Shown: in pieces, positions 52,213 through 64,000 of the stretch
How the letters are laid out: every line of letters starts with the position of its first letter
Numbering within the stretch: position 1 is the stretch's first letter
Origin: Squalus acanthias
Lineage: Eukaryota
Direction: 5' to 3'
DNA length: 64,000 bases
Assembly (NCBI GenBank): GCA_030390025.1
Contig: CM059432.1
Location: forward strand, 67,148,001 to 67,212,000
The notes under the pieces: model-generated
The model's database searches: none
Told to the model about the DNA's origin: nothing
Seen by the model: only the letters and a program-made list of their open reading frames with translations
Translations under genes and position numbers: made by a program

Positions 52213-53344
52213 ATCCATTGCATTCCCTTCATCAATCCTCTGTTACTTCATCAAAAAATTCAATTAGATTAGTCAAACACGATCTGCCTTTTACAAATCC
52301 GTGCTGGCTCTCCTTAATTAGCTTAAACCTCTCCAAATGCCCGTTAATTTTTTCCTTGATTATTGTTTCTAAAACTTTACCCACCACTGATGTTAAACTG
52401 ACTGTAGTTACTAGGATTGTCCTTGCACCCTTTCTTGAACAATGGTGTCACATTTGCCACTTTCCAATCCTCAGGCACCTCCCCCGCATCTAGGAAAGAT
52501 TGGAAAATGATGGCAAGCCCTTCCACTATCTCCTCCCCCAATTCTCTTAGCAACCTGGGATGCAAGCCATCAGGACCAGGCGACTTGTCCACTCGAAGCA
52601 TACCCAGCCTTTCTATCAATTTTCACCCCTTCCATTGCTTCTACCTTTTCCACTTCTACTGATATTTTGTAAGCATCCACCTCCTTAGTAAACACCGATA
52701 CAAAGTACTCATTCAGTATTCTAGCCTTGCCCTGCACCTCTAAGCATATATCACCTTTTCTGTCCCCAATAGGCCCCACCCCACCTCTTAATACCCGCTT
52801 ACTGTTTACATGCCGCTGGAAGATATTTGGGTTCCTTTTTATGTTAACCGCCATTCTACTCTCATATTCTCTCTTTGCCAATCTTATTTTCATCTTCACA
52901 TCTCCTCTCAACTTAGTGTATTTGGTCTGGTTCTCCCGTGAAGAATTCACCTGACGTACACCCTCTTTTTTTGTTTCATCATCTTCTCCATCTCACTCAT
53001 CATCCAAGGAGCCCTTGCTTTGGTTCCCTTATCCTTCCCTCTTGTTGGAATGTACCTAGCCTGTACATGGAACATCTCCTCCTTAAAGATCACCCATTGT
53101 TCCATTACAGTTTTTCCTGTCAGTCTTTGGTTCCATTTTACCCTGGCTAGATCCTTTCGCATCACATTGAAGTTAGCCCTATTCCAGTTTAGAAGTTCCA
53201 CTCTAGACTGTCCCTTGCTCTTCTCCATTGCTAATCTAAATCTTATGATACGATGATCACTCGTACCCAAGTGTTCTCCCAGACACTTGGTCGACCTGGC
53301 CCACCTCATTCCCTAGCACCAGATCCAGCAATGCCTCCTTCCTA

Positions 53345-53553
53345 CGATAGCAAAATACTGCAGATGCTGGAAATCCGAAATAACAACAGAAAACGCTGGA
53401 AAAACTCAGCAGGCGAGGCAGCATCCGTGGAGAGAGAAACAGAGTTAACGTTTCAGGTTCTGACGAAAGGTCATCGACCTGAAACGTTAACTCTGTTTCT
53501 CTCTCCACGGATGCTGCCTCGCCTGCTGAGTTTTTCCAGCGTTTTCTGTTATT
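53345..53553. mobile_element. 209-bp palindromic family A mini-element
   Basis: 14-bp TSD ATGCCTCCTTCCTA (53331, 53554); perfect 74-bp inverted arms 53385-53458 / 53477-53550. Confidence 0.92.
53456..53492 (+). ncRNA. Minimal hammerhead ribozyme, family A
   Basis: GGTT-CTGACGA-A-AGGTC-atc-GACCT-GAAA-CGTT-AACT. Confidence 0.75.
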
Positions 53554-56229
53554 ATGCCTCCTTCCTAGTTGGGCCAAGAACATATTGGTCAAGGAAATTC
53601 TCCCGAACACATTTCAGAAATTCCACCCCCTCCTTTCCCTTTACGCTAGCATTACCCCAATCGATATTTGGGTAATTAAAGTACCCCAATATCACCACTC
53701 TATAGCTCTTGCATATCTCTGCAATTTCCCTGCAGATTTGTTCCTCTACCTCCCGCTCACTATTTGGAGGCCTGCAGAATACCCAAATAGCATGATCATA
53801 CCCTTTTTGCTCTTCTACTCTAACCAAATGGATTCTGTCCTTGTCCCCTCAAGAACTTCCTCCCTTTCCAATACTACAATGTCTTCCTTAATCAGCACTG
53901 CCACCCCACCTCCCTTTTTTCCTTCCCTATCTTTTCTGAACAGCTTGTACCCTTAAATATTAAGTGCCCAGTCCTCACCGTTTTTAAGCCACGTTTCCAT
54001 TATTGCCACAACATCATATTGCCACACAGCTAATTGTGCTTGTAGCTCGCCAACCTTATTCACCACACTTTGTGCGTTTACGCACATGCATTCTAAACCC
54101 TTTTTTGAATTTTTCGTAGTCTTTCTTAGTCTGCTCCTATCTAATATGGTACTACTTCCGCCTCTAGTACTATCCAACATACTCACTCTTTTATGCACCT
54201 TATTCCTCTTTTCTACTCCTATATGCTGGTGCCCATTCCCCTGCCAAGCTAGGTTAAACCCTCCCCAACAGCACTAACAAACCTCCCCGCGAGAATATTG
54301 GTCCCGGCTCTGTTGAGGTGTAACCCGTCCAGCTTGTACAGGTCCCACCTTCCCCAGAAACGGTCCCAATGCCTCAGGAATCTAAATCCCTCCCTCCTGC
54401 ACCATCTCTCCAGCCATGCTTTCATCTGTTCTATCCTCCTATTCCTGTACTCACTAGTACGTGGCACCAGGAGTAATCCGGAGATTATTACCTTTGAGGT
54501 CCTGCTTTTTAATCTCTCTCCTAGCTCCCTAAACTCTGCCTGCAGGACCTCATCACTCTTTCTGCCTATGTCATTGGTACAGATATGGACAACGACCTCT
54601 GGCTGTTCACCCTCCCCCCTCAGAGTGTCCTGCAGCCGCTCAGTGACATCCTTGACCCTGGCACCAGGGAGGCAACATACCATCCTGGAGTCACGTCTAT
54701 GGCCGCAGAAACACCTGTCTGCTCCCCTAACTATCGAATCCCCTACCACTATTGCTCTTCCACTCTTTCCTCCCTTGCTGTGCAGCTGAGTCACCCGTGG
54801 TGCTGTGGACTTGACTCTGGCTGCACTCCCCAGAGGAACCATCGCCCTCAGCAGTACTCATAACGGAATACTGGTTGGAGAGCACGATGCACTCCGGGGA
54901 CTCCTGCACTACCTGCCTGGTCCCCCTCTTCCGTCTGGCGGTCACCCATTCCCTTTCTGCCTGCATACTCTTAAGCTGCGGGGTGACCACCTCTAGAAAC
55001 GTGCTATCCACATAACTTTCAGCCTCGCGGATGCACTGCAGTGACTCCAGCCGCCGCTCAAGCTCCGAAACCCGGAGCTCGAGTTGCTGTAGCTGGCGAC
55101 ACTTCCCGCACATGTGGTTGTCCAGGCTACTTGAAGCGTCCAGGACTTCACACGTGGCACAAGATGTGCACTCCACGGGACTGAGCTGCCCTGCCATGCC
55201 TCTGTTTAATAGACAAAGAACTAACCCAGCAGAAATAAACTTAAAACTTAAAAAAAAATACACTCACCAGCTACTCACCAATCAGCTCCTTGTGACAATG
55301 TCACTTTTTTTACTCTGACGTCACTTTCAAAAACTGCCTCTGTTGAGTTGCTGCCGCTCCTTTTAACTGCTCCGCTCTCACTGTGCTCCCTCCAGGTCCG
55401 CTCCTTCCGGTCTCAGGTGCCTGCCGCTCGGGAATGCTCCTTTTAACTGCACCGCTCGCGCTGTGCTCCCTCCGGTCTCAGACTCCTGCCGCTCGGGACT
55501 GCTCCGCTCTTGCAGTGCTCTATCCAGGTGCGCCCCTCCCGGTCTCAGGAGTTAAAAGTTAGTTAAAAAAACTAAAAGCCTTTCAGTCAAAGAAAGAGAC
55601 TTTCAGTTTTCTAATGCATGTAAACAGCATCAGCTTAAGTGCTTGGAATGTTTCCTGCCCTTTATAGTGGATAAAGCACACTGAATTTTTAAAGAAAGAT
55701 TGAAGAGAAAAAAGTTCGCAGAGCAGAGGGTGCAGATGTGGTGTGTGTTCTGCAGGTGACACAATGAAGTCAGGTGTCAAGGGTCAAGTATCACACTGTG
55801 GGTCACAAGGCCCAGGAGGTCAGAGTCAGCCATTATGAACCAACACGAAGTCTGAGGTCAGCTACTATACCAAGAACAAACAGTGCCGGTTGGCGGATCC
55901 CAAAATCAGGTGGCCAGTCACTATACTAAGGAAAACAGTGGAAGGGATTCGGGTAAATCCCAGCCCAAATTCTTATGGGTGGAAACAGAAGTGGGAGGGT
56001 GCAAATGGACAAGAGGATCCCAAGTTACCGTTCTGTCAGGTGAACACCTGAAACTCAGGTCTCAAACACCTGACAAATGAGAAAACATTTGAAAATGGGG
56101 TGGGGGGAAATGGCTGAAGTTGAGACTCAAAATCACATCACTAAAAAACAACTATATAATGGACAGAAATTATATTCCCTTCCATCAGTCAGTAAAATAA
56201 ATTTCAATATCACCAATTGCTAAATCGCA

Positions 56230-58548
56230 ACATAATTTCAGTATCCATCAAATCAAGCAGCATAATCTCAGAAGCGACCCCTCTTTCCCCTCCCCACCAA
56301 TGCCACTGACACAAAGCAGTCCTGCAACCAACCAGCCCTTCAACATCCCCCCACCCCCATGAATTCATGTCCTCACATTCATCATCAAACAAGATAGAAG
56401 GCCACTTACCACCATGCACCCAAGAATGAACAAGACGGGATAGTGGTGAAAAAGAACATTTATGTGATCTAAAGAAATAATAACTTTATCAGACACCCAT
56501 GTACAACTACAAAACCTTACTCTTCCTTTTTCTACTACTCCTACAAGGCAACCACTGTGGCTTCAGCAGGGCTCTGTAGAGGCAGGCTGCTCAGATCCTG
56601 CTCTGACTGGTGAAATGCCCGTGGCCGACATCCTCTGCATTTTGGCGCTCGTGAGGGCCCCACCAAAAATTGTTCCACCTGCACATGTGCAGGGGCAGAC
56701 TCAGCCATTGGGAGTCGAGACAGCATGTGCGCTGCTGACCGAGGTGGGCTGTGGGCAAGAAGTCGAAGCGCTTTGAGTGGAGTCCCCACTTCCATGTCCC
56801 CTTTCGCCATCATCCCTCTCATGGCCCAGCCGCATGTCACTGCTACCACTGTGCTGGAGAACACTTTGGTGCAGATCAGTGCTGCCCTGCAAAGCCAAGG
56901 CTAGCTTTTCGGTCAATGTATTTAAAGTGGCAGACACGTTGGCATCTACGTGGTCAAGGCGTACATGGACTCATTTGATTGAAGCGTATAACGGTCCATT
57001 TTGCTGGCCACTCTATCCATGGAAGAACACATCTTCTCAGTGGCCTGATACCACCCCCATCATGCTTAAGGTGGGCTCCTCCAATCTCTGTAATCATGTG
57101 AATTCCACTTTGACGGCCTGTCAGTGCATCGCACATTGTCTGTTGCTGCTCAATGATTCTCCTCTTCAATGGCCCCCGAGGTACAGCATCTGTGTCCAGC
57201 TGAGCAAAGCTTGGCGAGGGCTGTGCCCTCAGACGTGGAATCTCTACTGCTGTCCCTGTTACCACCATCTGCTCTTGCTCACTTGTGAAGTGAGAGTCAC
57301 CAAGTGAAAACCCAACTTGCTGCCTTACTGGTCCCACCGAAGTGTGAGTATCTGAGCTGGTCTGCATGATTCCTTTGACGGTGCACCCTCAGAAGGACTC
57401 AGCTCCTGAGGATTAGTTGTCAGCAACCTCCACTGACTGCCGCTGCACACGTGAAGGCCCTGTGGGGGATAAAAGACATGAATTAGTCCTAACAAGGTAA
57501 GAATATGTTGCAAGTTATCATTATGAAGCTGATCATATTTCACTCCCTGTTGAAAACAAGTCAACATGACAGTGCTGTATGACTTGTGGGTCGCTAATAT
57601 TTGTGTCACCGGGTAGCTGGGAGCTCCCTGTCTCCCCATCTCCAATGGCCAGGGATGCTGAAACTCCACTGATCTCCAGTGCCTCCTCCTCGGCGATCGT
57701 CAGCTGAGAGATGTTTGGAGGGCCCCCTCCGGTTCTCTCCCTCTCCCTGGTGTTCTGTGCTCTCTGCTCCTGCAAGGAGGGAAAGGAGACGTAGGAATGA
57801 GTGTAATGACATATGTTCATCTGATGGATGGATTGCATTTGATGAGGGTGACTATGAGGGAGAGGCATGACATTGCACAAGGATGAGGATGAGTGGCAGT
57901 GGTAGATGGATAGACTGGGATGTGAGGAAGTGCATAGAAAGAGGAGGGATGCACCTGCAAGGCAAGTGGGTGTGAGGAGTGATGTGCTGGAGTAGGCTTG
58001 ACAAGGCAGAGTGAGGGGGTGGGGTCATGCACACAGCAAGATGTAGGTGATTATGCCACTGTACTCACTTTTCTTGACTCGCTTAGGTCATTATAGCGCT
58101 TTCTGCACTGAATCCACGAGCGTGGCACCACACTTCTGCTACCTCCAACCACACCTTTTTGGTCTCAGCCGTAGGCTTCTTCATGCTGTTGGTGGAGAAG
58201 AGCATCTCTCTGACTCCTCACAGCCCGCAGCAGCACATCCAGGGAAGCGTCACTAAAACTAGGTGCAACTTTGCCTGTTTAGACTCCATTCTGGCACTTC
58301 CTTCTCCTTGGTTCCCAACTCCAAACTGCACGTTGGGAGTGTCCCTTTAAATACTGGAGTTGAGATCATGTCATGCGGGTCCACATCACGCCCGCTGCTG
58401 CTGATTGGATGGGAAACCCAGAAGCAAAATTATGATGAGGTGGCCGAGTTAAAAGCCACTGACAGACGCACTGGACTTACTTCCGGGTTTCCCGCGCGCC
58501 ATCGGAACCCTCCGCTCCCAGTGTGCCGTGGAATTAAAATCGGGGTCA
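56230..58548 (-). mobile_element. PIF/Harbinger-like transposon remnant with spliced Myb/SANT-like pseudogene
   Basis: APSFSDASLDVLL..., KKVWLEVA, IQCRKRYNDL|GTGAGT, then cag|EQRAQNTRERERTGGGPP; TIR-like taaaatcggggtc at ~58535-58547. Left boundary uncertain. Confidence 0.7.
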
Positions 58549-58733
58549 TAATGTTTCTATACATGACAGACCTAATTAGGAATGTGGTCTGACAGAAATA
58601 ATCTCAGTTAAAATTACATCAATAAATATCTCAAGCTTCACAACATCTCAATCCCTTAGTGCTCACAGCTCTGAAATACACCACACAATGAGTTATCCTG
58701 TATTAGCCTACATTTTTTGCGATGGAGATTTAC

Positions 58734-58904
58734 CTGAGCTAATTCTTTTTGTTCATTCACCAGTCTGTTACAGCTGGCTATCATTTGATCTAGGGCATAC
58801 AGTCGGTCCTCAAGTCCTTTAATTGCCTTCATGTTCTGATTATCAAGTTTGGCAATTGTTTCACGACACTCTGTCAAAAAAGGCTGAAGAAATTCTGGAT
58901 CAAG
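58734..58904 (-). CDS. RB1CC1: RB1CC1 coding exon (~exon 8), 171 nt
   Basis: tttcag|LDPEFLQPFLTECRETIAKLDNQNMKAIKGLEDRLYALDQMIASCNRLVNEQKELAQ|GTAAAT; phase 0/0. Confidence 0.97.
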
Positions 58905-59565
58905 CTGAAAGAAAAAAAAAGTATGAGGATATTTAAATTACTGCACAAAAATGGTCAATGATATTTTCTCTTACACCCTCTACCTCTCGCATAATAAATT
59001 GTGTTTAACTTGTCAGCAATTGATGAATGTTTTTGATTAGATTAATCAAAAACAAAGCTTTTCACACCTGTAACCCATTGTTGGCATGTTCAAATATATA
59101 CATTAGTCCATTTCAGGTTTAGCTTTGTCAAATTGCTGGAACTGTTCCCCTTTTGAACACCTACCATCTCAAATTATTTTTCTATTCCTTAAGAATAATG
59201 ACTAAATTTACTGTTGGGTATTACAAGTAAATGTTGTCATTCTATAGTTGGCATAAGTAGTTTCCTGAAATGCATCAGATTAGAAACCAGAAGAGGGGAA
59301 CCCTATCCTTGCAAGTTTGAACTCTAATAGTTTAAAACTGGCAATAAAAAAAGTTTCAATTTCATAAAGGACTACCAAATTTTGAACTTTAAATTAAAAA
59401 TAATAAAGAAACTATTTTCAGGTCAATGAATGATATGAAAAATGGTGCCTTCATTTATTTTTAAAACTTGGATTAGTCAGATGAGTTGAAGAGGGTGAAT
59501 TTCATTTTATAACTCAATCATAACTTGAACAAAAGTCTCCAATTTGAATTCTCAAAAACACTTAC

Positions 59566-59992
59566 TCGGTTCATTGAATCAAAGCATTTTCTGACCAGTG
59601 ATTCCACATCATTTGGTCTATCTTGTACATTAATCCAGTCCAGTAAGGAGACATTAAAGAAAGCTTGGTCATCCATTTCTTCATTAAATTCATCTTCCGC
59701 TGTAGTCTTCCGAGTTCTGTCTTCACTGGTCTCATTGTCATGTTCTTCCTGCTGAATAACACTACTCTGTACAGAATGTTCAAATGATATAGAACTAGAG
59801 GGTGATTTCCTGTTAACTACAGGTTTAACGGAACAAAGTACTGAATTGCTGGACCTCTCATCCTCAGTCTCTTCTTCTGTACTTTCTTTTTCTGTAGGTA
59901 ATTTCAGTCTTTCCTGACACTCTCGGTAACTGTGTCTGGTCAGGCATTCCAACAGTGGTATCTTAGCCATTACTGAAACTGCTGTGCCTAGG
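59566..59992 (-). CDS. RB1CC1: RB1CC1/FIP200 internal coding exon (~human exon 7), 427 nt
   Basis: tttaag|C CTA GGC ACA...; encodes LGTAVSVMAKIPLLECLTRHSYREC...FFNVSLLDWINVQDRPNDVESLVRKCFDSMNR; donor GTAAGT. Matches recalled vertebrate RB1CC1. Confidence 0.97.
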
Positions 59993-60529
59993 CTTAAATC
60001 AGAATATAAAAGAATGCATTAGTACAACCTAAAGTAATTGAACAGTCCATCACCAAACAGCTTGGAACATTTATAATTTTCCTTTTCCTGGTGGCAAAGA
60101 TTCAGCATTCAATCACTAGTGATAATGGGCTCTAAAGACAGATGTGCCAATTCTTCTGCCCTCTCATGAATGCAAGACCAGATCTTCGCTTTGCTTGTGG
60201 AGAACATTCTTGAGGAGAAAAAAAGGGTGTGAGCAGCAGAACTGCACCTATGGCAGTTGTACAAATGCCATACCTGTATGAGTTTCTGCACTTTTCTTTT
60301 GAACAATTAAAAAGGAGTGATGTTAACAGTCACTTTGAACAAATACATTTCTGTTAAATGTCAATTTTTGTTTCAAAACTGATCTAAATAAAAACGGATC
60401 TCAACCTGATTTTTAAAAACCATTTTAGTTAATTTTAACAAGCTCTCTTTACAAAATATGTAATCCCATTAGAAACCATTGTATAACCAACTGTTATATT
60501 AAAATGCAAACAAATAATATATAAATTAA

Positions 60530-60750
60530 TACGATAGCAAAATACTGCGGATGCTGGAAATCCAAAACAACAACAGAAAACGCTGGAAAAACTCAGCAGG
60601 CCAGGCAGCATCCGTGGAGAGAGAAACAGAGTTAACGTTTCAGGTCGAAGACCTTTCGTCAGAACTGGAAAAAAAGCAGGAAATGAAATAGATTTAAAGC
60701 AAGTATAAAGCTGGGAAAAGGGGGAGGGGATGAAAGAACAAAAGGAGATA
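60530..60750 (-). mobile_element. Solo family A pLTR
   Basis: Inverse of 7088-7290. Confidence 0.8.
60630..60666 (-). ncRNA. Minimal hammerhead ribozyme, family A, intact, sense to RB1CC1
   Basis: Reverse complement is identical to 7153-7189. Confidence 0.8.
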
Positions 60751-61658
60751 TTAAGAGACATTGAAAGATAATCAAGGCAAGAGGTGTTAATGTGACAGGT
60801 TGAGGCTAAGTGAAGTGTGAAATGCGCTGGCAGAATGAAGGACAGCTGCCCGCTTCTATGTACACACATAAACAAGTACTTTTAAGCACAGGTTCCTTAA
60901 AATTGTAGGTGGCCTTTAAATTCTAGCATGCTCTGCCAATAGTGCATTAATTTAAAATGTTTTACATCAGGTCAAAAGAAAAAGAGCAGCAGACCCTCTA
61001 GGAGCAACTGATGAGGAAGACAGCAAGTAGTGCCAGGGAGGACCAGAGCCGAAAGACCAAAGAGCTAGTCAGGGAGTACCAAGGAGCGGGCTTCAGATTG
61101 AGAGGCAGAGCAAGATTTCAAGCACAACAATTGTGCCATATTAAACAATTTATCAGTTTTAAAAATACCATCTTTTTTTGCAGGAGGCTCAGAGTGTAGT
61201 GAAGGTAGCTGAGGGATACAAGTTGAAAGGAGTAACAGTGCCACCTAGTGTGTGAAAGCTAACCACTATAGTAAACATGGATAGTTTATATTTAGATTAG
61301 TATTGGTTATGACCAGGTATTACTCGCTTAGGCATGGGAAAGCATTGTAAAATCATGAGGAAGCAAGTGTGGCAACAGAAAATGTAGTCACAAACATTTT
61401 AATATATTACTATTCAATCTCCTGGGAAGCAAGACTAAGTGTTGTCTTCAGGTGAGCCATGGTTAGAGGACAGAGACATAACAGAGCCAGGGCACACAAA
61501 CATAATTCCAATCCCCATCACAGTTTCTTCCTTCTTCATATTTCCATATACATTCCTGTGTCCACATTTATAATGCGGAGATGCCGGTGTTGGACTGGGG
61601 TGGACAAAAGTGAGAAGTCGCACAACACCAGGTTATAGTCCAACAGTTTTATTTGAAA

Positions 61659-61696
61659 TCACAAGCTTTCGGAGCTGCTGCTCCTTCGTCAGGTGA
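61659..61696 (-). ncRNA. Minimal hammerhead ribozyme, family B
   Basis: TCAC-CTGACGA-A-GGAGC-agca-GCTCC-GAAA-GCTT-GTGA on the minus strand. Confidence 0.8.
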
Positions 61697-61906
61697 AGTG
61701 AAGAATACAAATCGGCAAAGCATATATAGACAGAGAACAATGCCTGTGCAGTGTACAATGTCAGACGACTACAGTTAATCTTTCTGACTGCCTTTTATCA
61801 CACCTCGGCAGAGAGACAGTCAGAAAGATTAACTGTAGTCGTCTGACATTGTACGCTGCAGGCATTGTTCTGTCTATATATGCTTTGCCGATTTGTATTC
61901 TTCACT

Positions 61907-61944
61907 TCACCTGACGAAGGAGCAGCAGCTCCGAAAGCTTGTGA
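61907..61944 (+). ncRNA. Minimal hammerhead ribozyme, family B
   Basis: TCAC-CTGACGA-A-GGAGC-agca-GCTCC-GAAA-GCTT-GTGA. Confidence 0.8.
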
Positions 61945-62504
61945 TTTCAAATAAAACTGTTGGACTATAACCTGGTGTTCTGCGACTTCTCACTTTTGTC
62001 CACATTTATAATGGAAACTGTCTATGTAAATAGATCACACTGCATCACTCTCCCGTTAGCAACGGCAACGCATCCACTGGGAGGAGGGTGGGCCAATGTG
62101 CAATTACAGCATCACAAGCTTCATTTGCGGTATCCAGTATAAATGTGATAATAGAAATTTAGAATAGAAACCATAGGGCAGCAGTGCACACAGATGCAAG
62201 ATTTTTTTTAAAAATACAGACAAAATGCTTGCTCAGCAGTTGTATTTTTATAGGCAAACACTATTTTAAAACCTGTGAATGGCTGACAACCTAATATAGT
62301 CATGCAAGATAACTTTAAAAAAAAGTTATTTGGTCCAGTCTATCATTAAAGGGCTTTGAATGTTTTTCTCTGGCTGATTGGCTATGACTAGGTCTATTCT
62401 GAAACCATGAAGGTGATCATGATGGCCACACTATATATCCAGTAAGGCAAAATAAAGTGACAAAGTTTGCTACATTTATCTAGATATTGGGCAAGTAAAG
62501 GCAC

Positions 62505-63865
62505 AAGATATCAAGAGACAACTGAACACACTCGATACAGCAAAGGCGATGGGCCCTGACAACATCCCGGCTGTAGTGCTGAAGACTTGTGCTCCAGAAC
62601 TAGCTGCGCCTCTAGCCATGCTGTTCCAGTACAGCTACAACACTGGCATTTACCTTACATACTGGAAAATTGCCCAGGTATGTGCTGTCCACAAAAAACA
62701 GGACAAATCCAATCCGGCCAATTACCGCCCCATCAGTCTACTCTCAATCATCAGCAAAGTGATGGAAGGTGTCATCAGCAGTGCGATCAAGCAGCACTTG
62801 TTCACCAATAACCTGCTCACCAATGGGTCCTGACAGAACCCATTCGGCTCCAGACCTCATTACAGCCTTGGTCCAAACATGGACAAAAGAGCTGAATTCT
62901 AGAGGTGAGGCAAGAGTAACTGCCCTCGACATCAAGGCAGCATTTGACCAAGTGTGGCATCAAGGAGCCCTAGTAAAATTGAAGTCAATGGGAATCAGGG
63001 GAAAATTCTCCACTGGCTTGAGTTATACACAGCACAAAGGATGATGATTGTGATTGTTGGAGGTCAATCATCTCAGCCCCAGGACATCGCTGCAGGAGTT
63101 CCTCAGGGCAGTATCCAAGGCCCAACCATCTTCAGCTGCTTCATCAATGACCTTCCCTCCATCACAAGGTCAGAAGTGGCTATGTTCGCTGATGACTGCA
63201 GTGTTCAGTTCCATTTGCAACTCCTCAGATAATGAAGCAGCCCTGGACAATATTCAGACTTGGCCTGATAAGTGGCAAGTAACATTCTCGCCACACAAAT
63301 GCCAGGCAATGACCAACTCCAACAAGAGAGTGTCTAACCACCTCCCCTCGACATTCAACGGCATTACCATCACTGAATCCCCCATCAACATCCTGGGGGG
63401 TCACCATTGACCAGAAACTTAATTGGACCAGCCACATAAATACTGTGGCTACAAGAGCGGGTCAGAGGCTGGGTATTCTGTGGCAAGTGACTCACCTCCT
63501 GACTCCCCAAAGTCTTTCCACCACCTACAAGGCACAAGTCAGGAGTGTGATGGAATACTCTCCACTTGCCGCAACTTCTGCCACCTAGGTCAATAGCAGC
63601 CGCTGCACGGGAACGCCACCACCGCCAAGTTCCCCTCCAAGTCACACACCACCCTGACTTGGAAATGTATTGCCGCTCCTTCACAGTCAGTCAAAATCCA
63701 GGAACTCCCTACTTAACAGCACCGTGGGAGACCTTCACCACCACATGGACTGCAGCGGTTCGAGGAGGCGGCTCACCACCACGTTTACAAGGGCAATTAG
63801 GGATGGGCAATAAATGCTGGCTTTGCCAGCAATGCTCACATCCCGTCAATGAATTAAAAAAAATT
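62505..63865 (+). mobile_element. Second CR1-group LINE family (RT to 3' end)
   Basis: MGPDNIPAVVLKTCAPELA, ALDIKAAFD, MFADD; tail gggcaataaatgctggc...polyA. Confidence 0.92.
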
Positions 63866-64000
63866 ACAAGTGCAGACACCTCTACTTTTTTTTAAAATTT
63901 TAAACCTAAACCACACATGATTTCTAGTTGTTCAGCCAACGGTACGTCAAATGTGCAAGTGAGACTGTGAATACGAGCCATCTTAACTACTAGTGACTGA

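Larger units (their letters stand above)
49585..55550 (-). mobile_element. Near full-length CR1 LINE (5'UTR repeats, ORF1 zinc-finger/leucine-zipper/esterase, ORF2 APE+RT), frameshifted, with nested insertions
   Basis: ORF1 CTSC..C..C, LQQLELRVSELERRL, IVVGDSIVRG, DGLHLN; ORF2 VNAQSVVNK...ETWL, MDFRKAFDKVPH. Confidence 0.95.
61574..62003. mobile_element. ~430-bp palindromic family B mini-element
   Basis: ~190-bp inverted arms 61600-61790 / 61817-62003; flanking direct repeat TGTCCACATTTATAATG at 61559 and 61997. Confidence 0.9.

Noticed and set aside
54249..55263. Host SGNH/GDSL esterase gene
   Set aside because: It is the frameshifted ORF1 of a CR1 LINE, directly upstream of ORF2.
59518..59970. 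Stand-alone 150-aa gene
   Set aside because: It is an RB1CC1 internal exon read from an internal Met through the splice donor into the intron.
60000..64000. Upstream RB1CC1 exon, including ORF 60109..60306
   Set aside because: No match to the expected preceding peptide (...HLQHQGWAAIMANL...) was found; that exon probably lies beyond the window.

Overview
Vertebrate nuclear DNA; the repeat content (CR1/HER1-type LINEs, Deu-domain SINEs, Penelope pLTRs) suggests a shark or other cartilaginous fish, which is an inference. The whole window lies inside RB1CC1 (FIP200) on the minus strand. Eight consecutive internal coding exons (1348 nt, GT-AG, phase-compatible) were traced by hand and correspond to roughly human exons 7-14 from recall. 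The introns are filled with nested mobile elements: several CR1-group LINEs (one near full length), L2, RTE, SINEs, PIF/Harbinger-like and Tc1/mariner-like MITEs, a decayed DIRS1-like tyrosine-recombinase retrotransposon, and two Penelope-like (PLE) families. The most striking signals are: (i) two families of minimal hammerhead ribozymes in PLE terminal repeats, including short ORF-less, TSD-flanked palindromic insertions; (ii) a chimeric CR1 with a mosaic 5' end present twice; (iii) a MITE carrying in-frame, stop-free cryptic exons in RB1CC1 sense; (iv) a LINE apparently headed by a tRNA-derived SINE. There is a 500-N assembly gap at 24420-24919. Repeat boundaries are approximate unless TSDs or TIRs are quoted; no database searches were run.
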